Assembly (NCBI GenBank): GCA_951406725.2 | Contig: OX597820.1 | Span: 6,758,001-6,822,000, forward strand | Reading direction: 5' to 3' | Length of the DNA: 64,000 nt | Origin: Octopus vulgaris | Taxonomy: Eukaryota | Shown: positions 13,036 through 25,510 of the stretch, piece after piece | Layout of the letters: each line of letters opens with the position of its first letter | How positions within the stretch are numbered: the stretch's first letter is position 1 | The notes under the pieces: model-generated | What the model saw: the letters and a program-made list of their open reading frames with translations, nothing else | The model's database searches: none | Told to the model about the DNA's origin: nothing | Program-made: the position numbers and the translations under genes

Positions 13036-14888
13036 AAAATTACTTGATGCTTTACGAAGCGGAGGCTCTCGTGGTTTCTCATCTGATTTGAAATGTTATC
13101 ATGTACATGTTTTGTCTTGTCATAAAAGATGGGCTACAGCAAATATTCTGCTCCATACCACAGATTTGCTTGTCAGTTGTTTGACCGTAACCAGTTGAGT
13201 ATGTCCTTTAATGTCAGATGGTATGGTCCACGAGTAGAATTAGTGGGGGATTATCATAGCCCAGTGTTAAGAGGAATTATTTGGGGTTTGAATAATTTAC
13301 CTCTGGAAACATTGGTGTTGCACTCATCATCTTCAAACAACCCTTATTCAAGGACCAGGAGAAAATTCTAACTGGGCTCCACCCGCAAGGTTATGCGGGT
13401 GAGAACCTTGATATTGTGATCACCATGTCGCGCATACATGGTTGTAATGCATGTGCCTGTTGTACCTTTGAAAGTAACTGTGTGTAACTATGAAGGGGAT
13501 ATAGGTCTTCGTATATTTGTACTCCAGAGTCATTTCATGTCGCGTGCTGCTCTATTACTCAATAGTGATGATGATGTTGATGATATTGTTATTTGCCAGA
13601 GCGATATCAGACGAGAGGATCATTACAAAGACAATTTATAATTTGATTGGAAGTTTATGTAAAAGGTGAGAAGAAAGTGAGAGGAGGACTAATGTGATTA
13701 AAGTAGCAAAAGTATTTGAAGGTAATTAAGATACAGCCCTCCAGATACTTTAGAACTTCCACCTCAGACTAATCAAAGACCTCCACAGGTCGAGGATTAC
13801 TCTAACCATCATGGCCATATGCCCTCATTCAACTGCTGTTCTCCAAATTACAGGTGCATAAAGCCCAGCAGTTTTAGAGGGAAAGGCTTAGCGGATTTCC
13901 TTGACTAACACTTTACACATACTCTCGATTTCGAATGAATAAAATTAATGAGACAATGGATTAAAATGTGTTACCGATTATGAAAAAAAAACCCCATTTA
14001 TTTGTTTAATAAAATAAGTTCACAGCCTTTGATAGGTATATGCGGATTAGTAAGCGAAATCAGAATCGTCAAACAATATTTGAAACAATTCCAAATGCTT
14101 ACGGAATATTCGAAATGAATTTCATAGACGTTCCTCCTAAAACGGACTAATATATTTATTATGCTTGTAGAATAATGAAATTTTGTAAAATTTCATTGCT
14201 TTCTCGATAACATTTCATTACGAGTTCGTTCTAAGTGTTTCAAGTACAGGTGTCAATATGTACAATTACTCAGCGGTGAAGAGGAATCACAATGTGGATC
14301 CTCTAGTGTATATTTGTATAAAATCGTTGCCGACCACATTAAATTAATTATTGCAGCAGTTTCAGATGTCATTATTGGAGTAAACTGTAACATAGAGGAA
14401 CTTGGATGAAGGGCGTTTATTCGATAGATGCCTAAAGTAAAATTTTTCAACATGTAAATACAGAATATCGACATAATTGTCTTTATATTTATATTACGTT
14501 TGTGTAAAATATCCTCAAAAAACTAATATATAATGATAATTTAATGAAAGTGTTACTCGATCAAAAGCCTCACTTTTCACTCAACCAATTGTATCTCTTT
14601 TTAGTTCCCATAATTCTGAACATATACATATAAATTGGACACACACACACACAACTCTTAACGTTTGTTATTATTTTCTGAGGCAATGACAACGATTTTT
14701 GACTATTCTGATGGATTATCTTATACTTTTTGTACAGTACAAATTCATTATTCGTGAATAAGATCGTCTGATGGTGTGGCTTAGCAGGCGGAAACTTCGA
14801 GGTCACTGTCAAGAGCATTCTCGTTTACAAATTATATATATATATATATATATGACAATATTGCAATTACACACACACACACACACAT

Positions 14889-14925
<37 letters not shown>

Positions 14926-15024
14926 TCGAATTTAGAAAAATAGACAAAAGCAAAAGATGAAGTCGGGTGTGTAAAAAAACAAACAGATGTATTAGTTTAA
15001 CGCTTGGGAAGTGAGAAAGTCTTT
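14926..15024 (-). mobile_element. Truncated copy of the same (TA)n-associated family
   Basis: Minus strand reads AAAGACTTTCTCACTTCCCAAGCGTTAAACTAATACATCTGTTTG...CTTCATCTTTTG, between (TA)n and (GT)n. Confidence 0.8.
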
Positions 15025-15079
<55 letters not shown>

Positions 15080-16253
15080 GCTATTCATTGGAGGGTGAAG
15101 CATAATATGTTGTGATAGGGCATGTGTAAAGGCACCATTCACAGGGACGGCAGACAGTTTATATGCATGTATTCAGGTTTATATTTGAATCGTTAGGAAT
15201 AGAATGACCATTATCAAAACAGATTGAATTTTCTAACTCGTACACGAAATTCTTTTAAAATTTATCGCCTAAAAATGTATACTTATAGATTTTAAATTAA
15301 AAATTTAAATGTATAAACGTTTCAAAAATTAACGACCATTTTTCTATTCGAGAACATAAAATCTCAGATTTCGGAACATTTATTAATTTTAATAACATGT
15401 GACTTTTGCAGGTGGTAAAGTTAAATTCATTACTGAAAAGTGGAAGTCGTTTTCTCGAAGATTTTTTAAACTTTAAGGTTCGTAAACAAAGCAATTTTAT
15501 AATGAATTAAATTAGACTTAAAAATTTGTCGACTATATATATAATTTATGTTATCAACGAAAGTATTTCGTATGGGTCTTATCTTTTGTTCCTTGATTTA
15601 AAATATTGATTAATTAAAGACAGAGCGAACGAAGAGTATGAGTGCGTGTAGAAGGGATTAGCCATTTGTCTTTATCCTGATTTCTCAGCAGACTTTATGC
15701 GTTCTTTCAATGATAAGTATTCTTCGCAAGGAAGAAAAAATGAATTTATATGAAAGGGTTCAGTGTGTTAAGTCCCGAAGATAATCCAAAGTTTAAGTCC
15801 CTTAAACCTACAAAGGCATACTTTGAAATGAAGAATAAAAGTATTTTCGAGAAAAACAACTAAGAAACATTTAGACGTGACTGTAAAACAAACATAACGA
15901 CTCCATGAACATTGTAGGCATATACTGCTAAATGAACGTGTTTGTGTATGGAAAAATATTTCCTTTCTCTATACATACGTACGAATGCGCATTATATATG
16001 CGTTTTTCAATAGCGAGCATAACAAAGCAATTATGATGTAATAAAGTGAGAATCTGCATGCAATAGAATAACCAGAATTTGCAGAGGCATGCACCTGTAT
16101 CATCGAAAAAACAGGCACACGCACCCATCGTGGTATATGTATTGCATGAGCGAACATTTATTTCGTGAACATCAACTTATCTATCTATATATAAGAAAAT
16201 TACTATTTGTAAATATCACAACGAGAGATATTCAGCAACAGCACTTTGGAGTG

Positions 16254-16470
16254 AAGATTGATTGCCAGCATAACATGGCAGTCCTGGTTTAGGACGAATG
16301 TTGCTATAATTTAGCCCCAGGAGACACGATCTGTGTGTCCTTATATTTTCGAACAAGGGAAAAATATAAGGACACAGATCGTGTCGTATAGCCAGCTGGA
16401 GACGATGTCTCCTGGCGCTAAATTACAGCAATATTCGTCCTAAAGCAGGACTGCCATATGTTGGCAAACA

Positions 16471-16475
<5 letters not shown>
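16254..16475. repeat. Fold-back (MITE-like) palindrome with nested inner hairpin
   Basis: Outer arms GGCAGTCCTGGTTTAGGACGAAT.../...ATTCGTCCTAAAGCAGGACTGCC. Inner arms GACACGATCTGTG..TCCTTATATTTT / AAAATATAAGGACACAGATCGTGTC. Confidence 0.9.
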
Positions 16476-16534
<59 letters not shown>

Positions 16535-16581
16535 TATATATATATATTTATATATATATGTATATATAGGCATCTACATAC

Positions 16582-16627
<46 letters not shown>

Positions 16628-16763
16628 TTATTGCCATATATGAAATGGTACATATCAAATTTTTAAATGTCGGCCAGTATGATATTCCTTGCTCCTGAGT
16701 AACTCCTCAGGCAATCTCGCATAAGAAATAGTCGGTAAATGCATAGATGTAAATACACCCACT

Positions 16764-16805
<42 letters not shown>

Positions 16806-17585
16806 AGAGAGAGAGAGACAGACAGACAGATAGATATAATATATACATGCACATCTTTACTATGTATAAAATATACACGTATAGTTATATGTGCATATTT
16901 TCACACATATGCTTGTATATATTCGTATATATATATATCTACAACTTTTCATATATGTACATGCTATAATTATATATACATATATATATATATATATATA
17001 CATGCATGCATACATTTATATAAATATGCATATATCCGTGTGTGTGAGTTTGCATACATATATATATATAAATGTGTATATATTTGAGTGTGTATATATA
17101 TATATATATATATATACAGGTGCGTGTGTGTGTGTATGTACGCACGTGTCTACCTGTATAGGAACGGTAAGTGCGCGCGTGTGTGGACATATATGCACCG
17201 CTGCAGCTTACTTTTGGATTCAAAGTGTGAAGCGAAGACAAAACAAAAGAGGAGAAAAGAAAAAAACAAAAACAGCCTGAAAATGGCGGTCTAATGTGAC
17301 GTAGAAAAATGTATGAAGGAATTGATTAGAAAGACATAGTAACGTGGGATTAAAAACGAAGGAAAATTCGCTTCAGCTCAATTATAGCAACTGCGTATTC
17401 ACTTAAAGGTTTCCCTTGATGTTACTCAAAATTTGTAAACTTCCCTATGGTCTTTTCATTATTTAATTTTCATTACAGGAAAGAGAAGGAGAGAGATATT
17501 GCTTCATGGTTACGTGTACGTTCGAATGTATGTATGTATGTATGTATGAATTGATGTATGTGTTAATGAACGTTTGGGTGTGTGT

Positions 17586-17625
<40 letters not shown>

Positions 17626-18558
17626 TATAAATATATATATAAATATGAATATATATGAATATATATATCTGTATATGAATATATATGAATATATTAATAT
17701 ATATATATATATATATATGAACATATATATATATATATACATATATGAACATATATATATACATATATGAATATATACATATGTATATATACATACATAT
17801 ATACATATATATACACATATACATATATATATATATTTATACATATGTATGTGTGTATTTACTTAGGCGTATATGTGTATATAAACGTATGTAGATGTAA
17901 GTGTGGGTGTATATCTAAGAATATGTGTATAAATATATTTGCGCTTGTCTGTCATATACATATATATGTGCGTGTGTGTGTATTTGTATGGGGGGAGTGC
18001 GAGCTCGCGTTCGCTTAAATTTAAACAGTATTGTTTAGAATCATTGAATTATGAATTAATATACATATATATGTGTGTGTGTGTGTGTGTGTATGAATAT
18101 GTGCTTGTGTGTGTATGTGTGTGTGTGAGTTTATGTTATGTGTGACTGTGTCTGTGTGAATGCGAAGAGACACACGCTTGTGTGTATCTTCTTGTCTGTA
18201 TATTTATGCCTCTGTACGCGCATGTGCAGATAAATAGCAACAAATTTCCTAACGTATACAAATCAAGAAATATGTGTTGCAAAGACACTTATTCACACAG
18301 GTACATAGCTTCATTAAAAACAAATATGACAACGCGTGCATGCCTCAATACAATGCTAGAAATATGTTATCAGCAGTTGGAACCTGAAGCTAAGAAATTA
18401 AAAATGAATTTAATATAATGCCACACGAAATATCATCACTGTTTCTGTTTAACAGCGACGACACTTGCCTAGAATACAGAATACTATTTTAAATATTTCA
18501 AATATTCATGTTCGCACATAGTTACACATCCATCCACACAGACATGCCTAGATATGCA

Positions 18559-18598
<40 letters not shown>

Positions 18599-19368
18599 CA
18601 TATATATATATATATATACACATACATACATACATATATATATATATACGTATATACATACATATGCACATATATACACATATATACATATATATATACA
18701 CGCATATATACATATATACACAGATATATACATATATACACACATATATACATACATATATACACACACACACACATATATATATATAAGAATTATACGA
18801 CTAGGTGAACCAGAATACAAAGGACATATAGAACAATATCTTACAGGTAGGAATGTGATTCGTTATTCGCATACCGCATCAGGGATGATGATGATGATGA
18901 TGAACTGGCTTATCAGCGTAATAAAAATACATTGACAGGAAAATCTGTTAGCTGCTGACTTGCAGTATGATGCACCAAAGGATTTCGAGGCTTGATCCAT
19001 CTCGAAACCCACCACAATCGGACTGGCCAAATATCTTGAAACATCTTAATGCCTGGATGCTAAATCTTGTTGAAAACCACGAAAGACGTAAGAAGCTACA
19101 TTTTGTTAAGAAGGAGAGCAAAACAGTTTCAAGTGAGTTTATGCATAATACCCAGGTTGAACAGCATAATGGAAATGCGGCAGCTGCAGTTAACAAAGGT
19201 GAAATAAATCGCAAAGGAAAAAGCATTTAAACAATTGGTTGATAGGTGGGAACAAAAACCTCTGCAAAGCAAATATATGGCTTGTAGCAACGAAGTTGAT
19301 GTAGACCAGAAACACGACCGCCAGTGGCTCCGGAGCGAAGGCTTCATCTTAGGCAAAGGTTTCATATA

Positions 19369-19927
19369 GGCGGCGAGCTGGCAGAATCGTTTGTCCTCTC
19401 TGTGTTTAGCCCCTTGTGGGCAATAAAGAAATAAGAATAATGAATGAAAGGCGGCGAGCTGGCAGAAACGTTAGCACGCCAGGCGAAATGCTTAGCGGTA
19501 TTTCGTCTGCCGTTACGTTCTGAGTTCAAATTCCGCCGAGGTCGACTTTGCCTTTCATCCTTTCGGGGTCGATAAATTAAGTACCAGTTACGCACTGAGG
19601 TCGACATAATCGACTTAATCCGTTTGTCTGTCCTTGTTTGTCCTCTCTGTGTTTAGCCCCTTGTGTGCAATAAAGAAATAAGAATAATGAATGAAAGGCG
19701 GCGAGCTGACAGAAACGTTAGCACGCCAGGCGAAATGCGTAACCGTATTTCGTCAGCTGTTACGTTCTGAGTTCAAATTCCGCCGAGGTCGACTTTGCCT
19801 TTCATAATTTCGGAGTCGATAAATTATGTACCAGTTACGCACTGAGGTCGATATAATCGACTTAATCCGTTTGTCTGTCCTTGTTTGTCCCTTCTGTGTT
19901 TGGCTCCTTGTGGGTAGTAAAGAAATA
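19369..19927 (+). mobile_element. Tandem array of three SINE family A copies (first one internally deleted)
   Basis: Copies at about 19369-19432, 19450-19680 and 19697-19927 are joined by the identical spacer AGAATAATGAATGAAA. The array is flanked by GG(C/T)TTCATCTTAG. Confidence 0.9.
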
Positions 19928-19997
19928 GGTTTCATCTTAGCTGCTGAAGATCAGAGCTTATCTACTCGGATCTACCAAGCTAATGTGATGAATAATC

Positions 19998-20337
19998 GTG
20001 GCACTCCGTCGTTAAGACGACGAGTGTTCCAGTTGATCCGATCAATGGAACAGCCTGCTAATGAAATTAACGTGCAAGTGACTGACTACACCACAGACAC
20101 GTGACACAGAGCGTGACACAGAGCGTGACAAAGCTGTCTCTCTGAAATACAGTTACAACAGAAACAGGAAGAAAGAATTGTGAGGAACAAGTACAGCAGA
20201 GTTCACCGCTCCCCGTCAGAGTCTCAGAGCTTTAAGTGTTTTCGCTTAATATGTACTCACAACACCCGGTCTGGGAATTGAAACCGGGATCCTACGACTG
20301 CGAGTCCGCTTCTCTAACTACTGAGCCATAGCGCCCC
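19998..20337 (-). mobile_element. SINE family C variant inside the R4/Dong LINE
   Basis: Minus-strand head TGGCTCAGTAGTTAG...GGTTTCAATTCC and the family C 3' module, flanked by a TGATGAA(T/G)AA duplication. Confidence 0.8.
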
Positions 20338-20719
20338 CACTGATGAAGAACAGAGTAGAACCAAAGTGCCGATACTGCAACAACGAGATTGAAACAGTGG
20401 AGCACCTAATCTTTGGGTGTAGTGTTTTAACACCTACAGAGTATAAATCAGGACATGGCCAATATCTACACAGGATATGTCGGCGTCATAGAGTCAAAAC
20501 TACTGACAAATGGTACAAGCACCATCGTCAAGCTGTAACTTTGGAAATAAGCGTAACGATTCTTTGGAACTTTCCAGAACATACGGACCGGTCTATGAAA
20601 GCTAGTAAATCAGATATTGTAGTGAAGGACCAAAGCAATAAAGCTTCTTAATTGATTGACATCAGCGTACCTTGTGCTCGTGATATCCCGGCATAAGAAT
20701 TTGATATTTTTCTTTTTTT

Positions 20720-20950
20720 TTTATTTATTTTTATTTTATCTAGTTTCAGCTCACGAGCTGTGGCCATGCTGGGGCACCGCCATTCGGTGTTGCGACCTTA
20801 TTTTCCTTCACGAATACTTTTTAGCAATTGCCATTTGGTGCATGAGAGAATTTGATGCAGCTGGCCTCATCTGCACCTCCTGCTGTGAAGTTGATTCATC
20901 TGGGACACCTGATAGGAAGAGATCCAGTTTTATTTTAAAGACATCTGCAT
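20720..20950 (-). mobile_element. 3' end of a CR1-like LINE inserted into the R4/Dong element
   Basis: The minus strand reads DVFKIKLDLFLSGVPDE...AASNSL, resembling a CR1-group ORF2 C-terminus. A short 3' UTR and an A-rich tail follow. Confidence 0.7.
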
Positions 20951-21899
20951 ATGCTCAGAAAATATAAACATTTGCTAATTGAAATCGAAACCTGTGGCAT
21001 ATGAAGGCGGTTTCAATACCATTGATTGTAAGAGCACTTGGAATAATCAAAAAAGAAGCTAAAAATTATTTGAGGATGATTCCTGGCTTACTATCGATGC
21101 AAGAAGTGCCAAAGATTGTCTTAACTGCTAACTGGTTATATATTAAGAAGAGAGTACCACCACCGTGGGTTTTCTTTCTTTTTGTCCCCTTTATTTCTTG
21201 TGTTTTTTAATCAGTTTTTTTCCTATTCTTAGATATTTTCCTTCTTTCCTTGTTATTTCTTTTTTTATTTATTCCCTCTTTTTTTCTATCAATGACTTTG
21301 TAAATGAACCATCTGACGTGTTTATTTTAATGGCTACCAATGTATATACTGAATTCCTTTGCGCTTGGTGTCAGGAAGACACTCAGCAAGAAACAGGTAT
21401 AAAATTTGAAATCAATAATAATAATAATAATAATAACAATAAAAATAATAATAATATTTTATAATTTGGCACAGAGCCTGCAATTTTCAGTGGGGGTGTT
21501 CATGGATGACCTCAACCTCAGTTCTTGACTGATCCTTTATTTTAGCAAAAGATGAAAGACACATTTTAGTTCAGGGAATATTTGAACTCAAACTGCAAGG
21601 AGCAGCAACATATGCCGCTAAGAATTTTGTCTGGCGCACTAACGATTCTGCGAGCTTCCCACCATGACGATGGTGATAATAATAAGCAGTAACGCAAGTT
21701 GCAGCAACCGTAGCAGCAATTGCGTTGCTCCTCATGGGTTTGGGTTCATATGGAACGGAAGTCCTGTTTGCTATATTCCCATTGATTCCACCCGACGAAT
21801 TTCGTTTAAGACAAGAATTTCATTAATGAATTTATTTACCTTGTTCTTGGTGTCGATGTTGTTTAACACGTAGCCAACCACTGCAGAGTAGACATATGA

Positions 21900-22490
21900 T
21901 CACAACTCTTGCAGCCGTGACTCACTCGCCTTTGTATATAATGTGATACATTGTGTGCAATATTTCTTTATGAAGGCAATATCGTATCTTGACGGATATT
22001 CTTGAATTTTAAAAAATTGTTAAAATTCCTAATGACTTGAAACTTAAGTTATTTATTGGCGTATGGATGAAGCCTGAGAAAGTTTGTGGCAATTGGTACA
22101 CCAAGGGGTAGGAGAGATACATTTATGACCTGGGAGGTTTGAATGTGAAGCAGATCTGGGTATGGTAAGTTATATGTGAGTCGGTTTTTTTGTCGCGTAG
22201 CTTTTGTTGGGGAGAAACAAGATTTTATGAGGTTGGTTTTTGTGTGTAGGGTAGGTTATTGTGGGGTATAGGTATATTTAGTAAGTTTGCATCTAGAGTT
22301 GCTGTACGTGAAGCAGGATTGTGTGAATTTCATTAATATGAGGTTTATATGGGGTATATTCTGTGAGGTAATGTTATGGGCGGTAGAATCGTGAGAGGTG
22401 GGTTAAAATGAATTAAATGTTTTGTTTTACGTTATGTTTACACATGGTTGCGTGAGGTGCGGGCTTTAAGGTTGATATAGATTTGTAGCA
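21900..22490 (-). pseudogene. Possible highly decayed Penelope-like element remnant
   Basis: Minus-strand RKTKHLIHFNPPL resembles the RKIIWFNPPF motif between RT and GIY-YIG of some PLEs. The rest is not alignable by eye. Confidence 0.3.
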
Positions 22491-23622
22491 GGTTTTTTTG
22501 TGGTATTATGAATCCCCCCAGTCGGGCCCATAACAAAGAACGTAGTTACCACGTTTAAGCAAGCGGTTGTAATGGCGAAAATAACATTAATATGGCTACA
22601 GCAATATTAAAAATAGAATTACAGAGAAAGCAGATAGAACGACGGTAATAGTATCATAATCTACACAACACATCATTAACAAATGTGCCAATGGTAGAGA
22701 AAACTGTGGCGAAATATTCACAACTAGAGTTAGATAACAATGACATTAACATTACAAGAAACAGAGGAACAGACGTGCAGTTCATACTTAAAGAGCTCAG
22801 CCAGTTTTATATCATTATCGTGGCCATAGTCAAACATGGCGGCAATGTGTTTTATTGCTGAACATGTGGACATGATGGGTTATTGAATAAAATATTAAAA
22901 TCTCCAGCTATATCGAATCATTGAACAAGCTCTTACATGGTAGCTTAACTTGCTAGAGATAACAGACAAATTATTCAACTCACACCTTATAGATTCAAAA
23001 TAAGGTAGGACACGTTAGATAGTGTTTGTCGTTGACACATTGACTCAGGAAAGAAATCGGTGAAACGGTCATGCAACAGACTTTATTATGAGGTGGGAGC
23101 GCTAAGCAGAGATGTGTATAAATGCAACGTTATCATCAGTTCAAATTAGGCCAGCGGCATTTTCGGACTTGTAAACAAGCCATTCACTGTGTTTTGTGAT
23201 TGAGAAAATTTCTCGCTGTAGACAAATGGAGTAAATACACCTAAATCAGTTTGCAGTGCCACCTATCCAGACTGTGAGAGCCAAGTATCTCGGGAGTCTT
23301 TATCCCCTCTTCCGTCACAGAAACCGGATGATGTACGTCAGCTGGTTAGTAATTTGTACTCTATTAAATATCTGCTGGATCTCTGCTGAACTGGGGTTAT
23401 TACAAGACGCAAAAATACAACCAGGATATGTTTAGAGAATGTTATATTTCGAGTATGGTGAGCTCCACGCTTCATACCATGCTGCAAAAATTTCACGCTA
23501 TGTCTAGAATTTCATGGTAGAAAGTAATAATATATCTATAGATTCCTTAATGTTAAAATATTCTGACATACCCAAAGTACCAAATTGAAATTAGAAATAA
23601 TTATGTGAGAAGACTAGAGACG

Positions 23623-23700
23623 CATTAAATACCATTGTTTAAAATAAAGGTGTAACAAAACTAATTGTTGCACCTAGATTTTAAACAATGGTATTTAATG
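23623..23700. repeat. 78-nt hairpin (36-bp stem, 6-nt loop)
   Basis: CATTAAATACCATTGTTTAAAAT-AA-AGGTGTAACAA / TTGTTGCACCT-AG-ATTTTAAACAATGGTATTTAATG, with one 2x2 internal loop and one G-U pair. Confidence 0.9.
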
Positions 23701-24629
23701 TTGGTGTACAGTCAATCGTGGAATGGCCTTCGCTGCGGAAAGTGTCTGCAGAGAGAAAGTGTGAAAACGCATGACATTATTTATGGATCAATGATGCGTT
23801 TTTTATACGCATTGTCAATCAGAAGGCAATATTGATAGCGATGGACGCCCCCCACCACGCTTCATATTGTCGGTCTTGTGTCTAAATTAGAAAACATAAA
23901 TAAATATATTTCGATTTGTAATTGTGTCAGTTATAAATATCAGCTGGCGCAACACACTTAGAGAGTCCCGCGTTCGTTCCTTCGGTATGTGGTGGTTGCT
24001 ACTATTTAGCCCCAGAACAGCTCCGAATAACCAGAGCTATATTAAAATTTGCACCAGGTGTGACAACACCATCTTGTTTTAACGAAATATGTATTCTAGG
24101 ACTGCATGGGCATCTTTCAATACATTTATTCATATACTTGTATGCTTATGTAAATACATACTTCAAACATCGATAACATAGTCATATTGTATCATTTAAA
24201 AAGCTTTAACAAGAGACGCTGGTCTGGAGACTTAAGGAAAGAACAGTAAAATACAGTATAATATGGTCAAAAATGCATATCCGTGCAATGGACATTCGTG
24301 ATCTTGTAATCCTTATTCTGAAGAGAGACTGTGCATTTTAATGGATAAAGATGAACTTGTGAATAGGCACACCGAAATAGTTTCTTGATGCAACCACAGG
24401 CTAAAAGGCTCATTTTTGCAGTTTGGTAAAAACAATATTTAAAACTCAATTGATGTTTTTCTTATTTTATTATATCTTATTTATTTCAGTTTTATGTCTC
24501 GTTATTTTTTATTTGTTTTCATAAACATCTTTAGGGCGGAAATGTTTCTGATGGCCACTATGTAACTCTTTGGGGTAAGCTTATCAAAGTACTTGGTACC
24601 AAGTAACAATATGGACATTAATCTTAAGG

Positions 24630-24830
24630 TAGCAGCCTGATGGAATCCTTAACGCGCCGGAAGAAGTGCTGCTAAGCATTTCTTCTGATTATGGTTTCTG
24701 TGTTCAAATGCCACCGGGGTCAACTTTGCCTTTCATCCTTTCGCGGTCGATAAAATAAGTACTAGTTGAACACAGGGGTCAATGTAATCGACTTTGATAC
24801 TCTCCCAAATTGCTGGTCAATATTTGAAAA
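24630..24830 (+). mobile_element. Older, diverged SINE family A relative
   Basis: Contains GTTCAAATGCCACCGGGGTCAACTTTGCCTTTCATCCTTTCGCGGTCGATAAAATAAGTAC. Similar diverged minus-strand copies lie at about 12650-12765, 21470-21660 and 31960-32167. Confidence 0.75.
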
Positions 24831-24889
24831 CAATATAAATAATTAGAATAGGTCAGAATGTATATAAAATAGATGTGATTATATTAATA

Positions 24890-24954
<65 letters not shown>

Positions 24955-25200
24955 GCAAATTTGCTGTTGAAAATGCACCTACATTTGAATTTATTTACAT
25001 ATATACCAAACTAGTTTCAATAATATTTTTTGTTTATCAATGGTAAAAATTTAGGAATATGAATTAGAACATGTTTAAACTTCGTATATATGTAAATAGT
25101 TTTATTTTAAGCATTTACAATTTTTCAAATTTAAGTGCATTTTCAACAACAAATTTGCCGAGTTTTTTTTTTTTCAGTGTGGAAATACACACCTATCTTT

Positions 25201-25257
<57 letters not shown>

Positions 25258-25312
25258 TAGATATGTTTCGACCAAAGATTGGTCCAGGCCATGTCTAACT
25301 TAATAGCACCAC

Positions 25313-25398
<86 letters not shown>

Positions 25399-25426
25399 CA
25401 AAAATGAGTAACAAAAATGTGTCAAT

Positions 25427-25510
25427 TCATTACGGCCCTTTCGAGCGATTCCTTTAATTGACCAATGAAAGCATTACATCATTACAAACGAAACTGATCT
25501 CATCAGCTGA
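25427..25510 (-). ncRNA. Putative hammerhead motif with enlarged helix/loop II, degenerate
   Basis: Minus strand reads TCAG-CTGATGA-GA..(~55 nt)..TC-GAAA-GGGCCG-TA|ATGA, about 30 bp from a long (TA)n. Confidence 0.4.

Larger units (their letters stand above)
18905..21437 (+). mobile_element. Decayed R4/Dong-type (RLE endonuclease) LINE, interrupted by SINE and LINE insertions
   Basis: Fragments read WLRSEGFIL / GFILAAEDQSLSTR, CRYC..ETVEHLIFGC (CCHC), TILWNFPEHTDR..SDIVV (RLE PD-like motif) and PLIVRALGII. The element ends in a (TAA)n tract at about 21413-21455. Confidence 0.85.

Noticed and set aside
13040-13560. Repeat-like block resembling a LINE 5' region (also 41730-41905)
   Set aside because: No second copy or coding motif inside the window, so the family cannot be supported from the sequence alone.
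25255-25298. GACCAA/TTGGTC stem followed by GAAAC on the minus strand, between (TA)n arrays
   Set aside because: No NUGANNA box on the 5' side; better explained as a simple bulged hairpin.
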